NCBI GenBank assembly: GCA_964544705.1
Contig: CAZJDA010000005.1
Location: 12,661-76,660 of the forward strand
DNA: 64,000 bases
Reading direction: 5' to 3'
Source of the DNA: an uncultured Bacteroidales bacterium
Lineage (GTDB): Bacteria; Bacteroidota; Bacteroidia; Bacteroidales; CAZJDA01
Shown here: one piece after another, positions 1-8,995 of the stretch
Position numbering within the stretch: the first letter of the stretch is position 1
How the letters are laid out: every line of letters begins with the position of its first letter
The notes under the pieces: model-generated
Seen by the model: only the letters and a program-made list of their open reading frames with translations
What the model was told of the DNA's origin: nothing
The model's database searches: none
Translations under genes and position numbers: made by a program

Positions 1-2178
1 AAAATCCGGCGAAAATTTCAAAGTAGCCTCGTATCGTAAATCATCGCCATAAATTGATTTAGGTGTTTTATTATTTTGCTTGAACAAATAGAGTTCACAG
101 TTTTGTTTGTTAACATTTCGATTGATGCGCCCGGCAAGCTGTTCGTCGCTGTCTATGAGCGACTGCTGTTTAAAGCCCAAATCCATGTCAATATCCACAC
201 CGGCTTCCACAACTTGCGTAGTTATCAGTAAAATTTTCTTTTGTCGGTTTTTGGTATCTTTCAGATAATCAATGATGTATTTTCTGCGCGGTTCCAAAAT
301 AGTTCCCGATAAGACAAAAATTTTATCGAAGAATTTTCCGTTTTGCTCTTCGTAATTCAATACCTTTTCATAAAACTCACTCGCCGATTTTTTGAAAATA
401 AATTCAATAATCGTATAAATACTACCCTGAAATTTATCAGCTCGGTTTTGGGCGTAATGTGTTGATTTTTCAAAAACTTTTTCGGCTAAATCAGTCAATT
501 CTATCGGTTTGGCCAGCAAATCGGTCTTTATTTCTACCCTTCCCGAGAAATTGGGATTTTGCAGATAGTGTTTAGCGTTCTTAATAAGCGGAATAAATCT
601 TTTTGGTTTGTAGCCCGAAAGTTCAATTTCATCAATTTTGGGCAATGTTGCCGACATAATGATAAAACGGATGTTGAACAATTCAGCATATTGTGCAATG
701 AAGTATTTAATTTTGTCCCAATGGTCGGGGCTGTAAGCCTGCAATTCGTCAATAATCACCACAGAATTTGCCAAACGGTGGAGCAAATAATTCGTATCTT
801 TTTTGTTGGATTTCAGAATATCGAAAAACTTGATGTGCGTAAGCAGAGCAAATGGGTAGTTTACAAACAGATTGTCGATTTGATTACGGTGTTCTTTGCC
901 GTATTGGGCATCCACTTCCTTCAGATGTTCGTATTGTTTTTCCTGAAAACCGGCTTTTGAGTGAATTTGAGCAATTTCGGTATCCGACAAACCGAAAGTC
1001 TGTTTTATGGATTTGGCAGTTTGTGTAATTAGTGTGGTAAACGGAAAAACATAAAACACTTTGTTGATTTCTGGATGTAATTCCAATAATTTGCGCACGG
1101 CAATCATGGACATATTGGTTTTTCCGCCGCCCGTAGGAGCTTCTATGTAAAACACGTTTTCGTTTCGGTGTATTTCGATATTGGTAAGCACCTCGGCTCC
1201 CATTTTTTGCCGCAAAAAGTTGAGATTATTGTTGTTTTTATCCTTCAAATCGTCAAGACTTTTCGATAAATATTTATTCAGGTTTTGGATTAGCTTGCCG
1301 TTCCACGGAGTTTTATCGTTATTGTCAAAGTATTTGAAAAGTCGTTCTTTAAATTCCGGTGTTATCAATCCGAAATCTTCATGAGTTTGCAGTTTTATAT
1401 CGTTCATGTAGTCCGATGTTGCTAGATAATCGGAAGCTGTAAGTAAAGAATAGTTGAGTTTTATCAGGGCGAAAAAAGGGAAAAAGTTAAATTCATTTTT
1501 TTGATTTAAACTTTCAAAAATACGCCACAAGTTTTTGTCAGTGTATGAACGCTCAAAGTCGAGTAATTTTTTGATATTTTCCTTTTTTATCGAAAGGCCT
1601 AAAATTTCGACCAAGTAATGTATGTCGTTAACTTTTTCTTCTGAAAAGTCATAATCTTTTGACAGATAACCCGAATGATGTTTAATAATAGGGATAGAAA
1701 ACAGAAATGCAAAAATGTATGCAAAATATCGATCTTCACTGCTAAACTTGTATTTCGCAATTTTTTCGACACTGTAATTCAGAAAAAAATACGCACTGAT
1801 AAAAGAATGTTCAAAACCTACTTTTATTTTTAAGTTCTTTTGAAAATTTGAATTTTTCATGCGTTCAAGTTGAAAATTCGGGTTGGTTTTTCCAAAATCG
1901 TGAAATATAATCGATAGAAAAAACAATTCTTTTATGAAGTTCCCAATAGTTTCATTCTGGGTTGAATTATTTTTGATAATATTGTCAATAATTATCTCTA
2001 AATCATTCAGTTCAATCAATTTCAGAAAATAGGTTTTTACTTCAAAAATGTGCTCGTGAAGTGTTTCACCAGTTTTTTGATTATGTGTGTGTGCCAAAAA
2101 ATCCGTTTTATCCTTGAAAAAAGAAATGATTTGTTGGTTTTCCTTTGCTATTTCTTTAAAAGACTTGAACAATTCCAT
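1..2178 (-). CDS. cas3: Cas3 (N-terminal HD nuclease fused to SF2 helicase), 5' 726 codons; C-terminus lies beyond the left window edge
   Basis: Absent from the ORF track because it runs off the edge. Manual minus-strand translation from the ATG at 2178 gives MELFKSFKEIAKENQQ..LAHTHNQKTGETLHEHIFEV, an HD motif LSIIFHDFGKTNPNFQ, Walker A IEAPTGGGKTN (codon top 1143, in frame), DExx box VVIIDELQAY (750, in frame) and TTQVVEAGVDID. The frame is open down to nt 1. It overlaps the cas5 stop by 23 nt. Confidence 0.9.
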   Translation of the reverse strand, partial: MELFKSFKEIAKENQQIISFFKDKTDFLAHTHNQKTGETLHEHIFEVKTYFLKLIELNDLEIIIDNIIKNNSTQNETIGNFIKELFFLSIIFHDFGKTNPNFQLERMKNSNFQKNLKIKVGFEHSFISAYFFLNYSVEKIAKYKFSSEDRYFAYIFAFLFSIPIIKHHSGYLSKDYDFSEEKVNDIHYLVEILGLSIKKENIKKLLDFERSYTDKNLWRIFESLNQKNEFNFFPFFALIKLNYSLLTASDYLATSDYMNDIKLQTHEDFGLITPEFKERLFKYFDNNDKTPWNGKLIQNLNKYLSKSLDDLKDKNNNNLNFLRQKMGAEVLTNIEIHRNENVFYIEAPTGGGKTNMSMIAVRKLLELHPEINKVFYVFPFTTLITQTAKSIKQTFGLSDTEIAQIHSKAGFQEKQYEHLKEVDAQYGKEHRNQIDNLFVNYPFALLTHIKFFDILKSNKKDTNYLLHRLANSVVIIDELQAYSPDHWDKIKYFIAQYAELFNIRFIIMSATLPKIDEIELSGYKPKRFIPLIKNAKHYLQNPNFSGRVEIKTDLLAKPIELTDLAEKVFEKSTHYAQNRADKFQGSIYTIIEFIFKKSASEFYEKVLNYEEQNGKFFDKIFVLSGTILEPRRKYIIDYLKDTKNRQKKILLITTQVVEAGVDIDMDLGFKQQSLIDSDEQLAGRINRNVNKQNCELYLFKQNNKTPKSIYGDDLRYEATLKFSPDF

Positions 2179-2965
2179 TTTCGGTTTTCAGTAAAAGATT
2201 TGGATTATCATGTTTTTGCTTTAATGCCCAATCGGTGAACGCAAAATTGGCATATTCATATTGGTAATTCTTTTTCCCGATGTCGGTATAAGCAACCGGT
2301 AATCTTTCAAAATACGAAAAAGTAAAACCTTCCGGTTTATCATCAAAAACAGGGTCATAATTTAATAATACGCTGTCATCTTTTGCATCTTTCAGCGGTT
2401 GGTCTTTTATGTAAATTGAAGATATTTTAAAACTGCCTTCAGGCTTAAATTCTTCATACTTATACTCCGAATAATTCTCCCACCAAACTGAAAATTCATT
2501 TTTACCCAAATAGGGCAAATATTCCGCATAATATTTTGAGAGGTTCTCATCGGTTTTTCGGTGGATTTCATTTTCCGTATCGAACAAAAAATAACAACGG
2601 TATGCAGGTGCGATAAGCGTTTGTTCGGTAACCATTAAATTACCGCCTTGTTCTTTGCTTGCCATGCCGGTTGTGTTGTTGTAGGTGATTACGGTTTTTT
2701 GAAAGTTACCGTTTTCATTTACAACTTCGCCTTTTGAATTTTCGCGCAAGGGCAGTATGCCGATTTTTAAATCCTCAAAAGCCAAATAATATTCAGGCAG
2801 CTTGCCTTTTTCTTTAAAACCGCTTAATCCGGTTACCGCTCCTAATATTCCTAACAATGTTGGTTTGTGCAACATGTTGAATGTCAGGTAAACCGGTTCG
2901 TTTGTGTCCGGCTTTTTTAACATGCCGAAATCGGCAAAAATATCTATGGAAACTAATTTTTTCAT
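2156..2965 (-). CDS. cas5: Cas5 (type I-B)
   Basis: 269 aa. The N-terminus MKKLVSIDIFADFGMLKKPDTNEPVYLTFNMLHKPTLLGILGAVTGL is typical of Cas5. It sits between cas7 and cas3. Confidence 0.85.
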   Translation of the reverse strand: MKKLVSIDIFADFGMLKKPDTNEPVYLTFNMLHKPTLLGILGAVTGLSGFKEKGKLPEYYLAFEDLKIGILPLRENSKGEVVNENGNFQKTVITYNNTTGMASKEQGGNLMVTEQTLIAPAYRCYFLFDTENEIHRKTDENLSKYYAEYLPYLGKNEFSVWWENYSEYKYEEFKPEGSFKISSIYIKDQPLKDAKDDSVLLNYDPVFDDKPEGFTFSYFERLPVAYTDIGKKNYQYEYANFAFTDWALKQKHDNPNLLLKTENGIVQVF

Positions 2966-2993
2966 TTGCTATAATTGATTAAAGGTGAAATGT

Positions 2994-3023
2994 TCCGGTA
3001 ATAACAACAGTATTATTACCGGA
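2994..3023 (-). promoter_or_regulatory. 11-bp perfect stem-loop in the cas7-cas5 gap
   Basis: tccggtaataa (2994-3004) pairs with ttattaccgga (3013-3023) around an 8-nt loop. It lies in the 79-nt gap after the cas7 stop. It could be an intra-operon attenuator or RNA processing/stability element. Confidence 0.5.
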
Positions 3024-3044
3024 GCATATTGAAAAAAACTAAAT

Positions 3045-3971
3045 TTACAAACTAAAAATATTTGCACTTTCCGGTTGATTTACAATGATTACCGAGCCGT
3101 CATTTCTGTAAATTTCAATTTTTTCGATTTCGGAAGCGTGTTTTTTCAAGTCTTCACTCAATTTTTGTAAATCCAAAACCACTTTTCCGTCTTGTTTTTC
3201 AGGTTTCATGCAAATAAGTGAATTGAAATTGGGTAATACTAATTTTGAACTTTCGTTGAGTTGTACCCAAATCAGAAATTCGTTGTCGGTGCCGGCTTTT
3301 GAGGCACTGTCGTAATAGCTTGCGCCGCGACGCATGGCTTCTTTTAGTTTGTTGATGTCCTCTTCGGTCAATGTATCCGCACCTTCGCCTGCTAACCTTA
3401 CAATTTCTTCCAGATTTTTTGGGTTTATCGAAAAATGGTGCAAATAGTGACCCTCTTCGAGTTTCGACTGGCGACCAATAGTAGTCATTCCTTTTTCTTC
3501 ATCACCGGAAGTGCTGAAAGGTGAAGTTATCTGCTCACTAAAAATATTGTTCTCAGCCCAAACATTGATACCGTGATTTACCTGAACCGGTCCGTGAATG
3601 GAGAGTGCTACTTTCCCTTGTTTTCCGCTTAGTGCGAAAGTAGAACCAAACAGACGAATATCAATACAACTGAGAATGTCTTTTGCAACTACTTTTTTAT
3701 CTTTTGCGGTATCTCTTTCAAATACCTTGAAATAAGTATCTTCCAATGTATAAGGATTGAAGGATTCGCTTAGGCGTTTAAAATAAAATACTTTTTCTGT
3801 AGGATATACATCTTTGATATAATTTTTTACGGTGTATTTGAACGCCTTGTCGGTTGCATATACGGTTCCGTTTGGAAGGGTTCGCGGTTGCCCCGAAAAA
3901 TCGGCATTGTAGTTTGAATTTACGGCTTTTACGATGGCCGCTCCGAATACTCTGTTTTTAAATTGTGTCAT
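3045..3971 (-). CDS. cas7: Cas7 (type I-B, Csh2/DevR-like backbone subunit)
   Basis: 308 aa. MTQFKNRVFGAAIVKAVNSNYNADFSGQPRTLPNGTVYATDKAFKYTVKNYI is a typical Cas7 N-terminus. Operon position agrees. Confidence 0.85.
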   Translation of the reverse strand: MTQFKNRVFGAAIVKAVNSNYNADFSGQPRTLPNGTVYATDKAFKYTVKNYIKDVYPTEKVFYFKRLSESFNPYTLEDTYFKVFERDTAKDKKVVAKDILSCIDIRLFGSTFALSGKQGKVALSIHGPVQVNHGINVWAENNIFSEQITSPFSTSGDEEKGMTTIGRQSKLEEGHYLHHFSINPKNLEEIVRLAGEGADTLTEEDINKLKEAMRRGASYYDSASKAGTDNEFLIWVQLNESSKLVLPNFNSLICMKPEKQDGKVVLDLQKLSEDLKKHASEIEKIEIYRNDGSVIIVNQPESANIFSL

Positions 3972-4046
3972 GATATTTTTATTTTTGATATTTACAATTT
4001 ATTTTAATGTCGAGCCTATGGCTCTTATTTCTAAATCTGTGATTTT

Positions 4047-4080
4047 TTCTACCATAATATTGTCCCTCCGGGACAATGGT
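4047..4080 (-). repeat. Conserved 10-mer TTCTACCATA (sense strand TATGGTAGAA) next to a short GC hairpin, copy 1 (cas8-cas7 gap)
   Basis: The 10-mer is at 4047-4056. The hairpin is attgtccc/gggacaat (4059-4077). The same 10-mer plus an adjacent hairpin recurs at 6781-6808. Confidence 0.45.
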
Positions 4081-4081
4081 T

Positions 4082-5944
4082 TTATTCTGGTTTTTCGGCT
4101 TCCTTTTCTTTCTTGAAAATGGTTTCGGAAAAATAACCGGCAAGAATCATGGGTAATAATTCTTTCATATTGGTATTTGTTTCAAATCCCATAACATCGC
4201 TCATTATTTTATCAAATTCATAGCGATTTGCATCTCCTTTATAAAATTTAAAAGCATGCTTATAGGTATCGAAAGCTCTTGCAATAGCTAATTTCAGCTT
4301 ATCGCATTGAGTTTTTTGCAAAAACGGTTCGAGCAAGGCGTGGGAGCGTTCCCCCGATTCGCTTTTATTTAATATCATACGGATTAGCTGCCCGGATGCA
4401 AAAGCAAATTCCGCATCTTCTTTGATGTGCTCACCGGTGTTCTCCGGATTTGCAATAGTTTTCAGCTTTTCGAGAAGCTGTTCTGTTTTGTTTACCATAT
4501 CTTCTTTATTTTTAGAGTTTGCAAAATAATCATAGAGACTAAACCAGATGTTTAGTTTTATTTTAATATTTTTTTCAAAGGAATGACTTTTATATTGTTT
4601 ATCATATTTATCATTCCTCAAATCTTCAATAATGAGCTTTGACATTATTTCATAAAAAGCATTTGAGGTAAAAACATCTCGTCTTGATTTATAAACATAG
4701 TCATAAATAGCTTTGCGATATTTATATAAAAGTGTTGTTGTAAAGCCATTAATAAAATATCCTTTTGATGCTTCAATTTTGTCGCTAAAAAAGTTTTTAC
4801 GTAAAATGCCGTAACCTAAAGAACTGTCTTTTTTGTATTGCAGAAAAAGATATTTATGAAACAGCTCTTCTAAATCAAAAATTGTTTCAATTGGTTCAAA
4901 GTGAATATCTTTTTTACTATTTTGGAAAATACTTTTTATCTTAATACTTTTTTTTAATTTATGTTCAAACACCGGTACAAAATCCAAATCAATAATTCGG
5001 CTGCCTTTTTCGCGGTTGTTGAAATAGATCAGGTAATAATTTTGCAGTTTGTCTTTAGTCTTTAATAATTCTTCTACAATTTCCTTGTGCCCGGCTTTCT
5101 TATCCTTGTTATAAAATTTTACTGCTTCACCAGATAACTCTGCTTCATCAACAAAAAGAGGAAAGGGATTGGGCAATATTTTATTTTTTTGTTGTAACTG
5201 AAAAAAACTAAACAGCTTCTGAGCCTGTAGTCCGTCTACTCTGTAATTTAGTTCAATTGGAGCCGTTTTGTGTTTCAAAAATTCTTTACTATCGTTAAAT
5301 CCACTTAAACTATCAGCAATCCCGTATATATCACCCGATTTTAACTCTATATTGAATTTATCTTTATTAAAAAGTTTTTCTGATAGAAATCGATTTTGTA
5401 TTTCCTGATAATCTTTTAGTTCCGGTTCTTTCATAAAGAAATAGAACATAAATTGGTCTTTAGCTTTTGCATTTCTTTCATCAGAAGCTAAAAAATCTAT
5501 CATTTTAGTTTTTACAAAATACTCCAATTCTGTGCACCATTTATCATGTTGTTCATTTTTTTCGTCTAAATATTTTCTTGCGGCTTTAAAATAGGCTTCA
5601 GCTGAATACAAAAGTTTATCATCCCCATTTTTTTTATAGGCTTTTGCATTCAATGAAATTCCAAAAGGAGAACCAATTGCAATATAAACTTTGGGCCCAG
5701 AATTAAAACTTTTCATGGCGTTTAGCATTTCGGTATTCACAGCTAATTGCAGAAATTGCTCATATACCTCATTCCGCTCCGTCTCCTTATCCACTTTTAA
5801 AACATTCTTATCTTTCACCACTAATTCATCGCCTTCTTTTTCAAGAAAAACATAAATACCCTCTTTTAATTCAAGGTTTTCTTTAAAAATATCCGGGCTT
5901 TTATCTTCCAGATGGTCTATAAAATTTATTATTTCCTGTATCAT
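4082..5944 (-). CDS. cas8b: Cas8b large subunit (type I-B)
   Basis: The ORF is 631 aa, between cas6 and cas7. The preferred start is MIQEIINFIDHLEDK at 5944, which forms an ATGA start/stop overlap with cas6 (stop 5941-5943). The size and lack of other motifs fit Cas8b. The family call rests mainly on operon position. Confidence 0.75.
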   Translation of the reverse strand: MIQEIINFIDHLEDKSPDIFKENLELKEGIYVFLEKEGDELVVKDKNVLKVDKETERNEVYEQFLQLAVNTEMLNAMKSFNSGPKVYIAIGSPFGISLNAKAYKKNGDDKLLYSAEAYFKAARKYLDEKNEQHDKWCTELEYFVKTKMIDFLASDERNAKAKDQFMFYFFMKEPELKDYQEIQNRFLSEKLFNKDKFNIELKSGDIYGIADSLSGFNDSKEFLKHKTAPIELNYRVDGLQAQKLFSFFQLQQKNKILPNPFPLFVDEAELSGEAVKFYNKDKKAGHKEIVEELLKTKDKLQNYYLIYFNNREKGSRIIDLDFVPVFEHKLKKSIKIKSIFQNSKKDIHFEPIETIFDLEELFHKYLFLQYKKDSSLGYGILRKNFFSDKIEASKGYFINGFTTTLLYKYRKAIYDYVYKSRRDVFTSNAFYEIMSKLIIEDLRNDKYDKQYKSHSFEKNIKIKLNIWFSLYDYFANSKNKEDMVNKTEQLLEKLKTIANPENTGEHIKEDAEFAFASGQLIRMILNKSESGERSHALLEPFLQKTQCDKLKLAIARAFDTYKHAFKFYKGDANRYEFDKIMSDVMGFETNTNMKELLPMILAGYFSETIFKKEKEAEKPE

Positions 5945-6720
5945 AGTTTGTAATTTTTTCCATCCACCTCCCCACACCCGAACCCCTGGCTGCCAGCTTT
6001 GCCGAAACCTGCGTTGTAGCCAATTTTTGTTAGTTCTATGGGTGCTTGTAGGGAAAAATTAAATGTATATCCTATTAGTTTTGTTTGTTGTTTTGTGCCT
6101 TCTTTTAAGGTTATGCCTTTCTTGCGGGGCTCGGTTAGTATTTCCAGCTTGCAGCCGCTTACATCTATGTCTTTATTGTGAAATGCTTTGTACTTATTTT
6201 GCAGGTTTTCAAAAAACAATCGTTCATATTCTTTGTGGTCGGGGTGCAGATGGTCGGTTTTGTTGGCTCGCTCGTTATAATGTGTTAGATGAATGGGAGA
6301 TAAGCATTTAAAATTCATCTTTGCTTCAAATTCCGGATTTGCCAGTCGCTCAATCGAACTAACTGCAAAATCTACTTGTGTTTTTTTATCGCCGAGTGTA
6401 AAGCTTTGCGCATTAAAAAGACCAAGAATAAAAGGTTCTGCAACTTCGGGCAAATAAAAGCTGATGTAGAGGTTTACTGTGCTGCTTAAAATATGCAGCC
6501 TGTCATTGTCTGGTTTGAACTTCCCATTCATTAAATTAGAATAGCAGAACCCTTTGAAGTTCTTCTTGCCATCGGTATATCCTTTTTCGTGCAACCAATC
6601 AGCAAATTCCTTATTTCCTTCGTGTATTGTTTTATATATCCAGGCCGAAATAGGGTACTGGTAATTGATTGGGATTTGATTTTGTTTCCCTGTAATTGAA
6701 AGATTCAATTTAAATCGCAT
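5941..6720 (-). CDS. cas6: Cas6 endoribonuclease
   Basis: 259 aa. The C-terminal glycine-rich loop GYNAGFGKAGSQGFGCGEV is characteristic of Cas6. It is the first gene of the effector operon. Confidence 0.85.
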   Translation of the reverse strand: MRFKLNLSITGKQNQIPINYQYPISAWIYKTIHEGNKEFADWLHEKGYTDGKKNFKGFCYSNLMNGKFKPDNDRLHILSSTVNLYISFYLPEVAEPFILGLFNAQSFTLGDKKTQVDFAVSSIERLANPEFEAKMNFKCLSPIHLTHYNERANKTDHLHPDHKEYERLFFENLQNKYKAFHNKDIDVSGCKLEILTEPRKKGITLKEGTKQQTKLIGYTFNFSLQAPIELTKIGYNAGFGKAGSQGFGCGEVDGKNYKL

Positions 6721-6780
6721 TATTATAGTTTTTAATAATTTCGCCCTTAATCGGGCTTTGTTTTTTAGTTTTGTTCATTC

Positions 6781-6808
6781 TTCTACCATATTTTCGTCGC
6801 TCTGCGAC
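6781..6808 (-). repeat. Conserved 10-mer TTCTACCATA plus hairpin, copy 2 (cas6 leader)
   Basis: The 10-mer is at 6781-6790. The hairpin is gtcgc-tct-gcgac (6796-6808). It matches the motif at 4047-4056. Confidence 0.45.
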
Positions 6809-6833
6809 TTCATTTTTATAATTATATTTTTAA

Positions 6834-6848
6834 ATTTTGCTGCAAAAT
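6834..6848. promoter_or_regulatory. Perfect 7+1+7 palindrome ATTTTGC-T-GCAAAAT between the WYL gene stop and cas6
   Basis: Read directly from the sequence. It lies 15 nt downstream of the WYL regulator stop and ~115 nt upstream of the cas6 ATG. It is a candidate operator or a weak terminator. Confidence 0.35.
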
Positions 6849-6862
6849 ACTTCACTTAACTG

Positions 6863-7807
6863 TCAACCCATGTCACTGCTATTAAATTTTTTTTCGTTTT
6901 CTTCCAATAATTGTTTTAGAGGCGCTAGGCGTTTTGATAGATAGGCTTTTAGGCTGCTGGGTTTTATTATTTCTATTTCTCCGGGCAAGCCTAATATAAA
7001 CCTCCCAATGCCATCGAAGCTGCACACCCAGCCCTCGAATATGTATTTGTCGTTTTTTGTCGGCTGCATGTATTGCTCTGCCAATGGGTACTCTTCTGCA
7101 AGCAGGCTTGCTGCCCTGGTGTTCAGGATTAGTTTAACATCTGTGCGCTCATAGCTGCTTATGCGGAAAACATCCATTAGCGCTTGTTTGTGGCCTTCCT
7201 GGTGTTGCCAGTCATTATTTGTCAGTTCGGCTTTTCCTATGCGGGCTGTTTTGAAAAGTTTGTTGCTCCTGCTCGAAGGTTCGTAACACCATACAGAAAT
7301 ATAATTTGTGGTAAATTCAAAGGGCTCTACTAATCTATCGCTTACGTTATTGCTTTTCGCTGAAACGTAGTTCGTTAGTTTGAGCTGCTTTTTGTTTTTA
7401 ATGGCTTTAATTATTGTATGCACATTTTCTGAATATTCCTTTTTTACTATGGTTTTTGCTACCCGGTCAAAATCGTATAATGCATAGAGCTTTTTAATGA
7501 GATTGGATTTTATGATATTGTTATCATCAATTGAGTGAATAGTTTTGCTTAAAATGTAGGCTTCTTCTTCGGTAAAATGCAGCAGCTCGCTTATATCCTT
7601 GCAAGTAGATTCGTTCTTATTGATGAAATAATATCCATCCTTGCATTCCAAAACAAAACCAACCTGCCTGAAGGTTTCGAAATACCTGTAAATTGAGCGT
7701 TCTGATTTGTTAACTCTTTGGCAAAGCTCTTTTCTTGTATACATGATATTGCCGGAGAGCATCAGCAATACTTCAAGCATCTTGCGGAGTTTGTTTTGAT
7801 CGCTCAT
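6863..7807 (-). CDS. WYL-domain transcriptional regulator (N-terminal wHTH + WYL), CRISPR-associated by position
   Basis: 314 aa. The HTH region is YTRKELCQRVNKSERSIYRYFETFRQVGF. The WYL-like core is NYISVWCYEPSSRSNKLFKTARIGKAEL. It is immediately upstream of cas6 and co-oriented with it. Confidence 0.8.
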   Translation of the reverse strand: MSDQNKLRKMLEVLLMLSGNIMYTRKELCQRVNKSERSIYRYFETFRQVGFVLECKDGYYFINKNESTCKDISELLHFTEEEAYILSKTIHSIDDNNIIKSNLIKKLYALYDFDRVAKTIVKKEYSENVHTIIKAIKNKKQLKLTNYVSAKSNNVSDRLVEPFEFTTNYISVWCYEPSSRSNKLFKTARIGKAELTNNDWQHQEGHKQALMDVFRISSYERTDVKLILNTRAASLLAEEYPLAEQYMQPTKNDKYIFEGWVCSFDGIGRFILGLPGEIEIIKPSSLKAYLSKRLAPLKQLLEENEKKFNSSDMG

Positions 7808-7925
7808 TTATTTTTCCCCCTTTTTTTCCTGGCCTATGGGTTAATGCCTAATATGACTTTCAAATAATTACAATTGTTATAAGATAGCCACCCGGTGAAT
7901 AGATGAGTTTCGCCTGGTGACTTTA

Positions 7926-8930
7926 TCAAATAAACCCCTTGATCTTGCTCACTATCCCATCCAAATCTTGTTTTTGCATACAATCAAAGTGTTTCTTGGG
8001 GCATTTTTTAAAGCCAATCTTGCTGCATGGCCTGCATTTTAAACTTTTAACTTCGGAGATCACTACCCGTTCAGTGAACTTAACCGGCAAATAAGGGTAC
8101 ATGCCAAATTCCGGCACTGTATTCCCCCAAATGGAAACGATTTTCTTTTTAAAAGCCGCTGCAATATGCATTAAGCCTGTATCATGGGTAACTACCGCTT
8201 GCGATTGCAGGATCAATGATGCTGATTGGTTAATATTAAAATTCCCGCAAGCATTATAAATATTTTTATTGCTTGATTGGGCTATTATTTTTTCTCCATA
8301 GGTAAAATCTTCCCTGCCTCCCATTAATATGAAAGGGTAATCCACTTTGTTGCAAATTTCAGCCAGCAACTCAGCCGGCATACGCTTAGTATTATGTTTA
8401 CCTCCTATTGATAAAGCGATAAACCCTTTTTGGCACATATCCGGCAACAGTTTCATATCTATCTCATCTTCATCAGGAATATAGTAATCCAGCCCTTTCC
8501 CGTCATTTTTTACATTCAACCTGCTTACGGCTTGGAAATAGCGGTCTACGATATGCATATCCGGCATATGGTTGATCTTCATATTGGTAAGCAGCCATTT
8601 TTCATAGTTCAATTTGTCGAAAGTACCGGAACGCACTTTTAGTCTTGTTTTCACAATCAAAGTGCGGATGTTTTTGTGCAAGTCCACAATAAAATCATAT
8701 TTTTCCTTTTTCAATGAAGGGATCAAATTGGAAAGTTTTTGATCCAACAAATGGATCCTGGTAATGTTGGGATTGGCTTCCAAGACCCTATGAAAAATGT
8801 TTTTTGTTAAAAAATGCACCTCGGCACCGGGTATTTGTTCTTTCAAGCACCTAATAACAGGAGTGGTTAGGACAATGTCGCCAATAGAGCTGAAACGGAT
8901 AAGCAGTATTTTTGGGGTCGTTTTTTCCAT
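7926..8930 (-). CDS. Glycosyltransferase family 9 (LPS heptosyltransferase-like)
   Basis: PKILLIRFSSIGDIVLTTPVIRCLKEQ and HDTGLMHIAAAF are GT9 hallmarks. The start is taken at MEKTTPK (8930). The longer ORF extension to 8996 overlaps the tatD promoter. Confidence 0.8.
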   Translation of the reverse strand: MEKTTPKILLIRFSSIGDIVLTTPVIRCLKEQIPGAEVHFLTKNIFHRVLEANPNITRIHLLDQKLSNLIPSLKKEKYDFIVDLHKNIRTLIVKTRLKVRSGTFDKLNYEKWLLTNMKINHMPDMHIVDRYFQAVSRLNVKNDGKGLDYYIPDEDEIDMKLLPDMCQKGFIALSIGGKHNTKRMPAELLAEICNKVDYPFILMGGREDFTYGEKIIAQSSNKNIYNACGNFNINQSASLILQSQAVVTHDTGLMHIAAAFKKKIVSIWGNTVPEFGMYPYLPVKFTERVVISEVKSLKCRPCSKIGFKKCPKKHFDCMQKQDLDGIVSKIKGFI

Positions 8931-8983
8931 GCGAATTAATAGGAGTGCAATATAATTAATTTTAACAAAAGTAGCAATTTTCT

Positions 8984-8991
8984 TATTTTTG
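8984..8991 (+). promoter_or_regulatory. Bacteroidota-type -7 box TATTTTTG (TAnnTTTG) just upstream of tatD
   Basis: Exact match to TAnnTTTG. The motif ends 4 nt before the tatD ATG (8996). Confidence 0.4.
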
Positions 8992-8995
8992 CGCA

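Noticed and set aside
5945-5977. Longer cas8b start (MWGGGWKKLQT...) overlapping cas6 by 37 nt
   Set aside because: The ATG at 5944 gives a classic ATGA stop/start junction with cas6 and a more typical N-terminus.
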